A stretch of DNA of 64,000 nt, taken from UHGV virus genome UHGV-1497419, one strand, 5' to 3'. A model generated the notes under the pieces. That model worked only from the letters and a program-made list of their open reading frames with translations, made no database searches and was not told where the DNA came from. Below, piece by piece: positions 47,561 through 56,975 of the stretch. This DNA comes from a virus. The stretch's first letter is position 1; every line of letters begins with the position of its first letter. A program made the translations under genes and the position numbers.

Positions 47561-47959
47561 TTACTGAGAAGTTAGGCTTTTGAAAATGCTTGCTTCGAAA
47601 AAACTTCCGAAGTTTGCCTCCAGCGCAAATGCTAAGTAATCAATAAACTCACCGTAGTTTGCTTGGAAGTACGTATCAATATTAAGTGGGAAGTCGTCAA
47701 CAGTTGCCCCTTGAAATAATAAGGTAGCCATCTCTTCAAGGTTAATTTCTTCAATTCTGTCAAAACAAGCTTCAACAAGTTCTTTAAATGGAACCATTGG
47801 AGCTTCTTTCTTACCCTTGTCAGTCAGACTTGATAGCATCTGTGCAAAAGTTGGAACAACAATTTTACCCAACTTCATAGACATCTTAATACCATCTCTT
47901 GCCCCAAGCAGAATGATATTCACTTTCTTACCGTTAATTACTCTAGATTCTGTTTTCAT
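47561..47959 (-). CDS. Tail assembly chaperone
   Basis: 132 aa; position between tube and tape measure; slippery heptamer near 3' end. Confidence 0.5.
   Translation of the reverse strand: MKTESRVINGKKVNIILLGARDGIKMSMKLGKIVVPTFAQMLSSLTDKGKKEAPMVPFKELVEACFDRIEEINLEEMATLLFQGATVDDFPLNIDTYFQANYGEFIDYLAFALEANFGSFFEASIFKSLTSQ
47597..47603 (-). promoter_or_regulatory. Candidate -1 programmed ribosomal frameshift site T_TTT_TTC
   Basis: On the minus strand the codons read AGT TTT TTC (S F F) about 60 nt before the chaperone stop; a -1 slip runs without a stop into ORF 47319..47558. Confidence 0.45.
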
Positions 47960-48032
47960 TGTGATTCCTTAATACTTTTAAAAGAAACAAAAAAGGGGAA
48001 GACCTTTTAAAGTCTCCCCCTTATAGGATTTA

Positions 48033-48479
48033 TTAAACACTTGACGCTGGAATTGTAGAAGTGTAGTCTAACTTCTCACAACCAAAAATCCAAGTTTTAG
48101 AGTTCTGGTCACGACCAAGTTCAATCTGCGGTAATTCCTGCAACCAAGCATTAATACCAGTTGCCAGAACAGAGCCTGATGGGTCGTAGATTACGAAGTT
48201 AGAAGAGATATCTTCTTCAAGTTCCATATTGTCTTGTTTAGCTTGAATTGCAGAAAGCATCTGGTTAGAGAGAGAAGTCTGCATTAACTCAATCTCAATA
48301 GTACCTGTCTTGTCTGCATTTCTTGTCAGAGCAACTTGACCACCTGCACCAACAACTGGTGTCACAAGTGGTGATGTTCTCTGTAGACGCAAGAATGAAT
48401 CTGGGGCAAAGCCTTCAATGGCAATACCATTCCAGCTACATACAACGTCTTTAGGGGAATATTGCTGATACATAGCCAT
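48033..48479 (-). CDS. Tail tube protein
   Basis: 148 aa; between sheath and chaperones. Confidence 0.5.
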   Translation of the reverse strand: MAMYQQYSPKDVVCSWNGIAIEGFAPDSFLRLQRTSPLVTPVVGAGGQVALTRNADKTGTIEIELMQTSLSNQMLSAIQAKQDNMELEEDISSNFVIYDPSGSVLATGINAWLQELPQIELGRDQNSKTWIFGCEKLDYTSTIPASSV

Positions 48480-48494
48480 TCCAATTTACCTCTA

Positions 48495-49847
48495 TTATTC
48501 GTAAGCCACTGTACCTTTCAAGTCAACATCCAAGATAGCCCCTGCTAAGATACCTGCGAAGGTAACATCTTTCAGGATACGAGCTTTCTTGTCTGCCAAA
48601 GCAACTTGAGAGGCTTTAGGAACATTAACTGTGTAAGATGACAGGAAGTTTCTGTTGACTGCTCTTTGTAGAGAGGTTTCAATGACTTGACGAATACGGG
48701 TAATACCAGTATCATCATAAGTAATCTTACCACCCTTCTGGTTAATTAGCAAGTCTCTCAGAGAAGTTTTCAGGTCTGATTCTAACCAGTCAACGCCACG
48801 GACGATATCAATCCATTCCCCACCAGAAGTAATCCCTCTACGAACCACTGGAACACCACCATCAAGGTCAATAAAGTTACAGTGACGTACATCTAAAGCA
48901 GACTTCTGAATACTTGTCAGAGGTCTCTGATTAGATGGTTGTAGAGAAGCTGCTACACCAGTTAGCTGAGCATTACCCCAAGCAATTGAACCTGCATCAT
49001 ATGGAGCACCATAAGCAATGTATGCCATCTCTGGATAGTCTTCTGCTGCTGCGTGATGCCACAAGCAAACTGTACGAGTGTACATATTCTTAGCAAGCTG
49101 TGCTGGAACATCATTTGCACTGGCTAATTCTGTACCTTGCAGGGCTGTTACATCGGAGTTAGCTGTAAAGAAGATTTTCTTGCGAGCCTGAATCTCAGAA
49201 GCCATTGCTAAGACAAACTGTTGAGTTCTGTCTTCTGCTGCAATGAAATACCAGTCATTAGAGTAAGCTTCGATAGCTGCCAGAGCAGTTGATGCTGTAT
49301 CGGCAGTTGTACTTGCAATATACACAGTCTGTGCTGTAGTTGTTACTTTCACAAAGTCATTATCACCAGCTTTGGTAATAATCATTGTGGCAGAGCCATT
49401 GCTACCAGTTACGTTCACAGAAACCTTATCTTTGATTGTTGGGTCAGCTTCAATCTGTGTTTTAAACTGTTGCAACACGTTTTCAGCAGTGTCTTCAGCT
49501 TGTGCTGTATACTGATATGGTTGAGAAATTCCACCGCCAGCAGCTACAGTAATTGAGTAGTCTGTACTTTCAGCAACGGCATTAGGAATTGATACAGTGT
49601 ACTGCATAGCACGTCTACCAATATAAAGCTGAGTTACTTTAGGAGTCTGACTCCAAAGTTGTTTAGCAGCCTTATATGCAGCAGTATTCTCATCGAAATC
49701 TTCAGCAACTTCAGTTAAGGAAGTGTAACCACGTACTCTTTCTTCAAAATTATCTGTTGAAGCTAAGAATAGTGGCAAACCAAAACCTTCTCTTGTAGTT
49801 CCTGCGGTGTTCAATGTAATATCTACATTAACAATTGGATTCCACAT
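48495..49847 (-). CDS. Tail sheath protein
   Basis: 450 aa; upstream of tube. Confidence 0.5.
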   Translation of the reverse strand: MWNPIVNVDITLNTAGTTREGFGLPLFLASTDNFEERVRGYTSLTEVAEDFDENTAAYKAAKQLWSQTPKVTQLYIGRRAMQYTVSIPNAVAESTDYSITVAAGGGISQPYQYTAQAEDTAENVLQQFKTQIEADPTIKDKVSVNVTGSNGSATMIITKAGDNDFVKVTTTAQTVYIASTTADTASTALAAIEAYSNDWYFIAAEDRTQQFVLAMASEIQARKKIFFTANSDVTALQGTELASANDVPAQLAKNMYTRTVCLWHHAAAEDYPEMAYIAYGAPYDAGSIAWGNAQLTGVAASLQPSNQRPLTSIQKSALDVRHCNFIDLDGGVPVVRRGITSGGEWIDIVRGVDWLESDLKTSLRDLLINQKGGKITYDDTGITRIRQVIETSLQRAVNRNFLSSYTVNVPKASQVALADKKARILKDVTFAGILAGAILDVDLKGTVAYE

Positions 49848-50447
49848 TTATTTTACCCCTTTGGAGTCTACATCTAGATGGATAGTATATTCTGGTGGCT
49901 CTTGTCCTTCTTCATAAACCAACTCACCATCAACAATGACACGCTCAATAATACTTCCACGTTCATCTTTCAGGACTGAGTTTTTTACAAGAGTTACAAC
50001 AAGAGGTGCAGAATTTTCGAAATCTGTATTGAGATAAGTGTAATCATTTGGGATTGCTCCAGTGTCTAGTACTGTAGCTCCTGTTTCTTCAAGGATTAAA
50101 TCTCTGACTGAACTCATCTCTAATCTTTGTTTAAGCTCAAGCATAATACTGTGAGCACCTTTACCATTTACCGTAATTAATACAGGAATCTGAAAAGCAA
50201 TTCTGTAGCAAACTACATCATCCTCAACAAACTTATCAAGAACCCAACCATAAGGTGTTGCGGCATCTTGACAATATACGGTAATAAATGGCTGGTCAGG
50301 TTTTAAACCTTTGTCATTTGAGTTATCAGAAGGGTAAGCTCTAATTACGTTTGGTCTATTATTTTTATCACGAGCTAATCTGTGACCAATAACATCCACT
50401 AAGGTTCTAACTAGACCTTTTTCAAGTTCTGCTGTTTCTAACTGCAT
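49848..50447 (-). CDS. Head-tail joining / neck protein (by position)
   Basis: 199 aa. Confidence 0.3.
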   Translation of the reverse strand: MQLETAELEKGLVRTLVDVIGHRLARDKNNRPNVIRAYPSDNSNDKGLKPDQPFITVYCQDAATPYGWVLDKFVEDDVVCYRIAFQIPVLITVNGKGAHSIMLELKQRLEMSSVRDLILEETGATVLDTGAIPNDYTYLNTDFENSAPLVVTLVKNSVLKDERGSIIERVIVDGELVYEEGQEPPEYTIHLDVDSKGVK

Positions 50448-50823
50448 TCATTTTATCCCTTCTAATAATGATATATTCATAATGGGACGTATGGGCTAAT
50501 TGCTGTGACCAATCCATAGTCATAAATACTTCATACTCATGACCATCAATCATAACAATATCAGACTCATTCCACTCTACATCATCTGAAGTTCTAAGTT
50601 TATATGTGGTATACAGGATTCTTGTATCGGTAAGCCTAATACCTTCCGGTAAAGCAATCTGTGTACCATTCTTTACAGAACCTTTGATATATGGCTGGAT
50701 ATTACCTTTACAGTTAACCTCTACAATATCTTGTGAAGCTACCCAATCACCATCATCATTATAATAACCGTCTTCAGAGACTTTACGCTTTACTACAAAG
50801 CTGTGTCTGTTTAAGAGTCTCAT
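50422..50823 (-). CDS. Head-tail joining protein (by position)
   Basis: 133 aa. Confidence 0.3.
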   Translation of the reverse strand: MRLLNRHSFVVKRKVSEDGYYNDDGDWVASQDIVEVNCKGNIQPYIKGSVKNGTQIALPEGIRLTDTRILYTTYKLRTSDDVEWNESDIVMIDGHEYEVFMTMDWSQQLAHTSHYEYIIIRRDKMNAVRNSRT

Positions 50824-51302
50824 TTTTTAATACCCTTCTTAGTAGAAATTTTATAAGCAAGGTTATCCCTTAAGTCACCTGTCTCAACAAGAGGTGCATT
50901 AAAGCCTTTTTTCTTGACTGTGGAAGGTGCGTTAGGAGGGAGGATAGCAGAATTACCAAAACCCCTTTTAATTACCTTTTGAGTATTCTTTGCAAATGCT
51001 TCTAAGGTATTTGAAGGGTCTGTGTTGAGACTGCTAAGTTGCTTATATAGATTCTTCTTAGTCTGCTCTAACAAGGTCTGTTTGTTTAGCATCATAGTGA
51101 TTTCAAACAACCTACGATATACTTTACCAGAAGCTGAAGGAACCCCAATAACTTCTTGCAAATACATTAAAGCAGGATAAGAAAAACCAGAGCTATGTTG
51201 ACCTTGTTCTTGAAAATACCCAACTTGAGCATTAGCCGTTTGCAAGTTCTTCATAGCCCCGACTAATTTTGCTCTAGCGGGGTGAATAACCCTTTTAACC
51301 AT
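50820..51302 (-). CDS. Head-tail joining protein (by position)
   Basis: 160 aa. Confidence 0.3.
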   Translation of the reverse strand: MVKRVIHPARAKLVGAMKNLQTANAQVGYFQEQGQHSSGFSYPALMYLQEVIGVPSASGKVYRRLFEITMMLNKQTLLEQTKKNLYKQLSSLNTDPSNTLEAFAKNTQKVIKRGFGNSAILPPNAPSTVKKKGFNAPLVETGDLRDNLAYKISTKKGIKK

Positions 51303-51751
51303 TATTCATCTCGCTCGATAATAAATACGCCATTAACACGGTTGCAGTAATCTCTGCCTTCGTATCTGGCAGCATCACCATATTCTGTGTATTTCTTGAC
51401 AGAGCAAGGATTCTGACGACGCATGTCAATATCACACTGATTAATACCACCTGCATAGGGTAGTCCTGAAACAGAGCTTTTAACAAGGTCATCATAAACA
51501 GCTTTCAGAGATTTGAATCTGGAAGAGTTACGTAAATAAACACCACCAACCTTCTCATCTCCCATCTTGGCTACTTGAAAGAGTAAATATTTAAGAGCTT
51601 TGATGGCTGCTTTCTTTTCATCCTTTCCAGATTCTAGATAGAACCACTCTAGCACAGACTGCTCAATAAGAATTTCATCATTATTAGTGTCTGTGCAGAG
51701 GATTCTTACTCTATCAAGAGGGTTATTGGCTGGGTCGCCTGTATAGCACAT
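51302..51751 (-). CDS. Head completion/connector protein (by position)
   Basis: 149 aa. Confidence 0.3.
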   Translation of the reverse strand: MCYTGDPANNPLDRVRILCTDTNNDEILIEQSVLEWFYLESGKDEKKAAIKALKYLLFQVAKMGDEKVGGVYLRNSSRFKSLKAVYDDLVKSSVSGLPYAGGINQCDIDMRRQNPCSVKKYTEYGDAARYEGRDYCNRVNGVFIIERDE

Positions 51752-51772
51752 TCATAACCCTCCTTAAGAATA

Positions 51773-52879
51773 TTAGTCTGGTTTAGCGTCAGAACGAACG
51801 TCTACCAGCAACTGAGGACGTGTGCAGTATGGCAGCATGTAAGAGTGAGCTTCAAAGTCAATACCTTCGTCACGGTCTTTTTCGTATTCGAATACGTACA
51901 GTTCCTGACCAAGTGTATTTGCATAACCCATCTTAGGACATGGACCATATGCCACTTCGAAGATGTTGTTTGCTTCACCCAGCATAGAAACGTTAGGGAA
52001 AGCATGACCTACACCAACAGTTGCTGCTACACTATCAATACTCACCAGAGTGTGAACCTTACCACGCTTGTCTTTGAACTTACCGTTGTACTGGACAAAC
52101 TTAACACCACCGTAGTAGAAAGTGTTCATGTGAGCCTGAACGCCGTCAGTACCACCAGTTCTCAGAGAACCAGTAATCTGTTGCCAAGCCAGCGGAGTCT
52201 GCTGTGCAAGATAAGCGTCACGAATCTTAGGGTGTTTAACCAGTTTGCTGAAGAATAAGCGGTCAACAACTACGTGAATTTCTTCACCGTTGATTACAGT
52301 GCCAGTCTTAGCTTCGTCTTCCATGTGCATACGCAGTTCTTCAATAGCAGCGTCAATGTCAGCATTAGGGTTGTCAAGGTCGAAGTAAACAGTCTTCTTC
52401 TGAACGTCGAACTGCTGGTACAGGTCAGCATACAGAGTACCACGAGCATCAACAACTTTACCCTTCAGAGCTTGCATAAACAGGAACTCACGAGTAATAT
52501 CGAACTTGGTACGAATCTTCATCAGCTTCTTAGCACGTACTACAGCTTCAGTAGTTAGTTCGTTTGCAGTGCCTGGCTGACGTACACCCTGAATCTCATC
52601 AGGAGTAATGCTTTCAACTTCTTTGAAGTACATCATTGGGAAGCTGATTTGACGAACACGCTCAGGTGCGCTAGTCTCTGCTTTACGGCTATCACGGTCT
52701 ACCGCATCAAGCAAGCTAACATCCCAATCAGTCAAGTCCATAAGGAAAGTAGTTTGGGTGATTGGTGCTGAACGGAACAGACCTAAGTTGGAAATATACC
52801 CATAAGTATTAGGGATAGACTGGACTTCACCAGTCAGGTCAGCAAGGAAAAATCTGCTTTTTTCAGAATTAGTCAACAT
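51773..52879 (-). CDS. Major capsid protein
   Basis: 368 aa; directly downstream of protease-scaffold and decoration-like gene. Confidence 0.55.
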   Translation of the reverse strand: MLTNSEKSRFFLADLTGEVQSIPNTYGYISNLGLFRSAPITQTTFLMDLTDWDVSLLDAVDRDSRKAETSAPERVRQISFPMMYFKEVESITPDEIQGVRQPGTANELTTEAVVRAKKLMKIRTKFDITREFLFMQALKGKVVDARGTLYADLYQQFDVQKKTVYFDLDNPNADIDAAIEELRMHMEDEAKTGTVINGEEIHVVVDRLFFSKLVKHPKIRDAYLAQQTPLAWQQITGSLRTGGTDGVQAHMNTFYYGGVKFVQYNGKFKDKRGKVHTLVSIDSVAATVGVGHAFPNVSMLGEANNIFEVAYGPCPKMGYANTLGQELYVFEYEKDRDEGIDFEAHSYMLPYCTRPQLLVDVRSDAKPD

Positions 52880-52912
52880 TGTAAAATTCTCCAGAATGTC
52901 TTATTATTGTTA

Positions 52913-53290
52913 TTACAGGCCAGTTGGTACGAAATCAATACCTTTAGCAGCCAGAGCTGCCTTAACACTATCAGCATTAACACTTGCTTCAAGAGTAAGC
53001 ATGTCTTTCAGTTCTGCATCGCGGTAGATGCCTACCACTTTCAACTGACCATGATAAGACAGTTGTGAGTCTGCGTAGAAGTTAACGATACATACAGAGT
53101 CAGCCTGAGCTTCTTCCCCTGCTGCAACTTTAGTACCGTCTGCTTTCAGAACTTCACCTACACGGTATTCTGTTGAAGCAACTGGAGTGTACTCTTTACG
53201 AGAGTGACCTGTTGGGGTAATCTGTTCCCAAAGAATGATATCATTCAGAGGTTCTCTGTTACCTAACTTAGTAAAACCTTGATATGCCAT
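52913..53290 (-). CDS. Head decoration or accessory head protein
   Basis: 125 aa between protease and capsid genes. Confidence 0.3.
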   Translation of the reverse strand: MAYQGFTKLGNREPLNDIILWEQITPTGHSRKEYTPVASTEYRVGEVLKADGTKVAAGEEAQADSVCIVNFYADSQLSYHGQLKVVGIYRDAELKDMLTLEASVNADSVKAALAAKGIDFVPTGL

Positions 53291-53301
53291 TATTGTGTTC
53301 C

Positions 53302-54648
53302 TTATTTGATAAGAGATTTTAGAGCATTCTGGAGAGCCAGTTTGCGTTGTTCAGCGGTGTCTTCGGAAGCATTCTTAGCTGGTTCTTTTTCTTCTTCAAC
53401 CAAATCAGCTTCGCCGTCATTACCCATTTCTTCCATAGCGTTGGAATGCTCAAGAACAGCACCAGCAGTTTCTTTCAGCTTGGTAATTTCTGATTCTTTT
53501 TCTTCCATTGCAGAAGCATGGGACGCGATAGTTTCATTAAGTTTCTGGTTAGCACCTTCCATAGCATTCATAAACAGAACACTCAGAGGGTTATCAAGAC
53601 CAGCACCTAAAATAGTCGTTGCAGCTTCTTTTGCATCAAATCCAAAAGCTTCAGCAGAAGCAGAAATCTTATTAGTCAAATCTGACAAAGCAGCTTCCTG
53701 TTCTTTAGCTTTCATTTGAGCAACCTGAAGACGCAAAGCTTCTAGTTCTTGCTTTTCTTGTTCAGTCATTTCTTCACCTGAATTGTTAACGTTTAAACTT
53801 ACAGGAGCCTCTTCAGAACCTTGTAAGTAATTTAAGAAATCATCTTGAGACATGATTGAGTTAATTAAACCAAGTTCAAGAGCTTCCTGAGCAGAATAAA
53901 CATTCGCCTCAGTATTCTTTACAGCTTCTTCAGAGAGATTACGAGATTCGGCTACAAAACCTGTAAAGGTTGCGTAGGTATCATTAATTCTCTTTTGAAG
54001 TCTTTCTTTGCTTTCTTCTGAGAGTGCTTGGAATGGTGAACCCATACCTTTAAACTCACCAGCTTTGATGACGTTAATTGTTACGCCATTCTTTTCAAAT
54101 GCCTTAGTTAATTCCTGATGAACCATAATTACACCAATAGAACCAACATCTGCATCTGGTGATGCAATAATTTCTTCAGCAGAAGATGCAAGAGCGTATG
54201 CAGCGGAACAAGCGAACTCATCTACATAAGCAATAATTTTCTTTTGGCCTCTTGAAGCCATAATGTGACGTGCTAATTCAAAGCAACCTGAAGCTTCACC
54301 ACCACCAGAATCGATGTGCAGAACAATAGTCTTGATTGACTCATCTGCTAAAGCTTCGTCAAAGCCTCTACGCAAACCTTCATAAGAGCTTAATCCACCT
54401 GTACACATTGCATCAATGAATGTCATACGATGGGTTAAACCACCCATAATAGGAATAATAGCAATGTCATCTTTTACTTTTAAAAGACTTCTTGCTTCAC
54501 CTTTGGGTTTATCAAAGTTTACTGCTGCTTGGACATCACCCAGCAATCTGTTATTCACATAAGTTGCTGCTGAGTGAGCTAATGATTCAGTGGCTAGTAA
54601 AGGTTGGTTGAATAATCTATCAGCAAGTCTGAAGATATTCGAACTCAT
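53302..54648 (-). CDS. Prohead protease (S49/ClpP-like) fused to scaffold-like C-terminal region
   Basis: GGGEASGCFELARHI...YVDEFACSAAYALASSAEEIIASPDADVGSIGV resembles an SppA/ClpP-type protease core; C-terminal half coiled-coil and acidic. Confidence 0.65.
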   Translation of the reverse strand: MSSNIFRLADRLFNQPLLATESLAHSAATYVNNRLLGDVQAAVNFDKPKGEARSLLKVKDDIAIIPIMGGLTHRMTFIDAMCTGGLSSYEGLRRGFDEALADESIKTIVLHIDSGGGEASGCFELARHIMASRGQKKIIAYVDEFACSAAYALASSAEEIIASPDADVGSIGVIMVHQELTKAFEKNGVTINVIKAGEFKGMGSPFQALSEESKERLQKRINDTYATFTGFVAESRNLSEEAVKNTEANVYSAQEALELGLINSIMSQDDFLNYLQGSEEAPVSLNVNNSGEEMTEQEKQELEALRLQVAQMKAKEQEAALSDLTNKISASAEAFGFDAKEAATTILGAGLDNPLSVLFMNAMEGANQKLNETIASHASAMEEKESEITKLKETAGAVLEHSNAMEEMGNDGEADLVEEEKEPAKNASEDTAEQRKLALQNALKSLIK

Positions 54649-54659
54649 TTTTACTCACC

Positions 54660-54992
54660 CTATTTGTTTAAATCTACAGAGACTGAAGAGATAACATAGA
54701 TACCTTCTTCAGCAAAGAATTGAGGTTTGCTAAGAGCACCAGTTGCCACGCATTTATCGTTAGCATCCCACAAGCTATAGTGTGAGACCGTTGCAGAAGC
54801 TGGAACAGTAATATTAACTGTATCTTCTGAGGCAATTAAGCCATTATCCGGTTCAGAAAAATAAATAGCCACTGGCTGAGTAACCTTATTTGCTGTAGGG
54901 TCTGCCGTTGGGTCTACATTGTGTAAAATAATAGTCGTTGGGGTTAGCGTGGCGAGGATTTTATTCTTACCATCAATAGTTAATGTTCCCAT
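54660..54992 (-). CDS. Hypothetical head protein
   Basis: 110 aa. Confidence 0.3.
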   Translation of the reverse strand: MGTLTIDGKNKILATLTPTTIILHNVDPTADPTANKVTQPVAIYFSEPDNGLIASEDTVNITVPASATVSHYSLWDANDKCVATGALSKPQFFAEEGIYVISSVSVDLNK

Positions 54993-55492
54993 TAATTAAA
55001 CCTTACTTTTTGTTTAAGGACTGTTGAATGGTTACCAGATTCATCTACCACATTTACAATCATATCATATACTTTACCTTTGACAAGTACTTTGTAATCA
55101 TTTTGTGAAAAAATGTATTCAAGTCTGTTTGTTTCTTTATTAACTGTCATTGGAGATTGAAATGCAGTGTCGAGGGTAATGAAAGCGGCTTCAATGCTAT
55201 TAACATTGATACGTTTATTCTCGCAGTTATATAACTTTACACCCAAAAGGCATGAACTGTCAAATGGAATTTTAACAATTTCACTACAATTTCCTGAAAT
55301 AAACGGTTTTCCACTCATTGGTGCATCAAGTAACCTACAAATAGTGAAAACGTCAGAGATTCCACCATCACTAACATAACCTGAAAGGCTGACCCTTGAG
55401 CCAGCCTCTACAGATAGCCTATCAGTAATGATAAGAACACCTCTATACGAATGCACTCGTGCAGCATTTGAAATAGAGATAACTTCAGCCAT
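54992..55492 (-). CDS. Hypothetical head morphogenesis protein
   Basis: 166 aa. Confidence 0.3.
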   Translation of the reverse strand: MAEVISISNAARVHSYRGVLIITDRLSVEAGSRVSLSGYVSDGGISDVFTICRLLDAPMSGKPFISGNCSEIVKIPFDSSCLLGVKLYNCENKRINVNSIEAAFITLDTAFQSPMTVNKETNRLEYIFSQNDYKVLVKGKVYDMIVNVVDESGNHSTVLKQKVRFN

Positions 55493-56958
55493 TATTTATT
55501 TGCCTTATTTGCTGTGCTTGGGTCTTTCGCTGAAGGTGTCTTTGCAGTACCTTCTCCAGCGGTCTTATAACCATCTCCTGAACGGCTTTGGCTATTCGGA
55601 GAAAGCTTTTCAGATACTGGCTGAGACTCATCAGCAGGAGGAAGACCAATATGCTCTCTAAGTTTGTTAGATAGCTCTTTGTCAACTTCCAAAGCACCTA
55701 CTGCAACAGTCTTCTGAATATAAGAACCAATTGCTTCAAGGTCTGGAGTTTCGATATCATCATATGTGATTTGTACATGTTCTTCATCATCCCACATATT
55801 AAGAGCATAAGTCTGTGCAACTAAGTCACGGTTAATTACGTTCTTAATTTGCTTCAGCAGAATATCTACTGACATTGCTAATAGACTTGTCTTAGAATCT
55901 GCAAGAGAGAATGAACCGTACTTTGACTGACCCATAGCAAGAACATCTGACATAAATGCCATCATAATCTGCTTAGAATATCTGTCAATGATAGAGCCTG
56001 TGTCATATGCTTTAGCACCCTGTCTAGAAACTAATGAGAACTCAAAGATATCCTCTTTAGTTTCTGGGTCGATATATCTAGGCCAGATTAAACCTGCTCT
56101 GTCATTAGCAATCATATCATTAACAACAGTTTTGCAGTATTGTACGAAAGCTTTCTTTTCAGGTTCTGCATTTTCATCCAGATAATCTGGTGGTAAACCA
56201 ATCTTTGGCATACCTACTAAGTCTCTTGAAACACCAACAGCTTCGTACTCTTCAATCTGTACTTTATACTTCCACGGTACATAAGCATTAAGTAATGGTG
56301 AACGACCTTCTGGATTTCCATATTCATCGTCATACTTAAACAGCATGAATTTAGCTCGTGGAAGTTTTCTTGTCAGTGGTCTTTCTCCGAGATTAATTGC
56401 TCCAGCAATATGTGAAACATTTCTCAGATTTTGTCTGACACCAGTAACTTTTCTAAAGTCTTCGTCAAAATACCACTTATCAAGTGTTGATTGGTTTCTG
56501 ATTGGTAATTTAGCCCATCCAATTAAACCGTCATCAAATTTTGACTGGTACTTTCCTTTCTTACCCTGACGTTTCTTATAAACCTTTTCATTAACACAGA
56601 ACCCATAAGTGCAGAATGACATTACAGAATTAATAAAATCTGCCCAATCATGCTCCATGTCATCCATTAAAGAATTAAAGAAGTCTGCTCTTTCAAGCAT
56701 TTTAGGGTCTTGCTCTTTTCCCTTTGGAGGTACGAATCTCCAGTTGACTTTTCTGACAAACATCTTAATAATATTTACAGATGCTGCTACAGCAGGGTCA
56801 CGCATCATTAATTGGAAAGTTTTAATACTTTCAGGGAACCTTAGTGCCTGACGAGGTTCTTCATAGATTCTTCCATTCTTAACCTTCAGACCCAAAGAAC
56901 CTACTTCACCCATTCTAAATGGTGGTAAGCTTTCTTGTGTTTCTGTAATATCTGCCAT
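55492..56958 (-). CDS. Portal protein
   Basis: 488 aa; immediately downstream of large terminase. Confidence 0.6.
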   Translation of the reverse strand: MADITETQESLPPFRMGEVGSLGLKVKNGRIYEEPRQALRFPESIKTFQLMMRDPAVAASVNIIKMFVRKVNWRFVPPKGKEQDPKMLERADFFNSLMDDMEHDWADFINSVMSFCTYGFCVNEKVYKKRQGKKGKYQSKFDDGLIGWAKLPIRNQSTLDKWYFDEDFRKVTGVRQNLRNVSHIAGAINLGERPLTRKLPRAKFMLFKYDDEYGNPEGRSPLLNAYVPWKYKVQIEEYEAVGVSRDLVGMPKIGLPPDYLDENAEPEKKAFVQYCKTVVNDMIANDRAGLIWPRYIDPETKEDIFEFSLVSRQGAKAYDTGSIIDRYSKQIMMAFMSDVLAMGQSKYGSFSLADSKTSLLAMSVDILLKQIKNVINRDLVAQTYALNMWDDEEHVQITYDDIETPDLEAIGSYIQKTVAVGALEVDKELSNKLREHIGLPPADESQPVSEKLSPNSQSRSGDGYKTAGEGTAKTPSAKDPSTANKANK

Positions 56959-56975
56959 TCTTCTTCACCTAGCTA

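Noticed and set aside
51802-52558. ORFs 51802..52005 (-), 51845..52258 (+) and 52274..52558 (+)
   Set aside because: Overlap the major capsid gene in other frames or on the opposite strand
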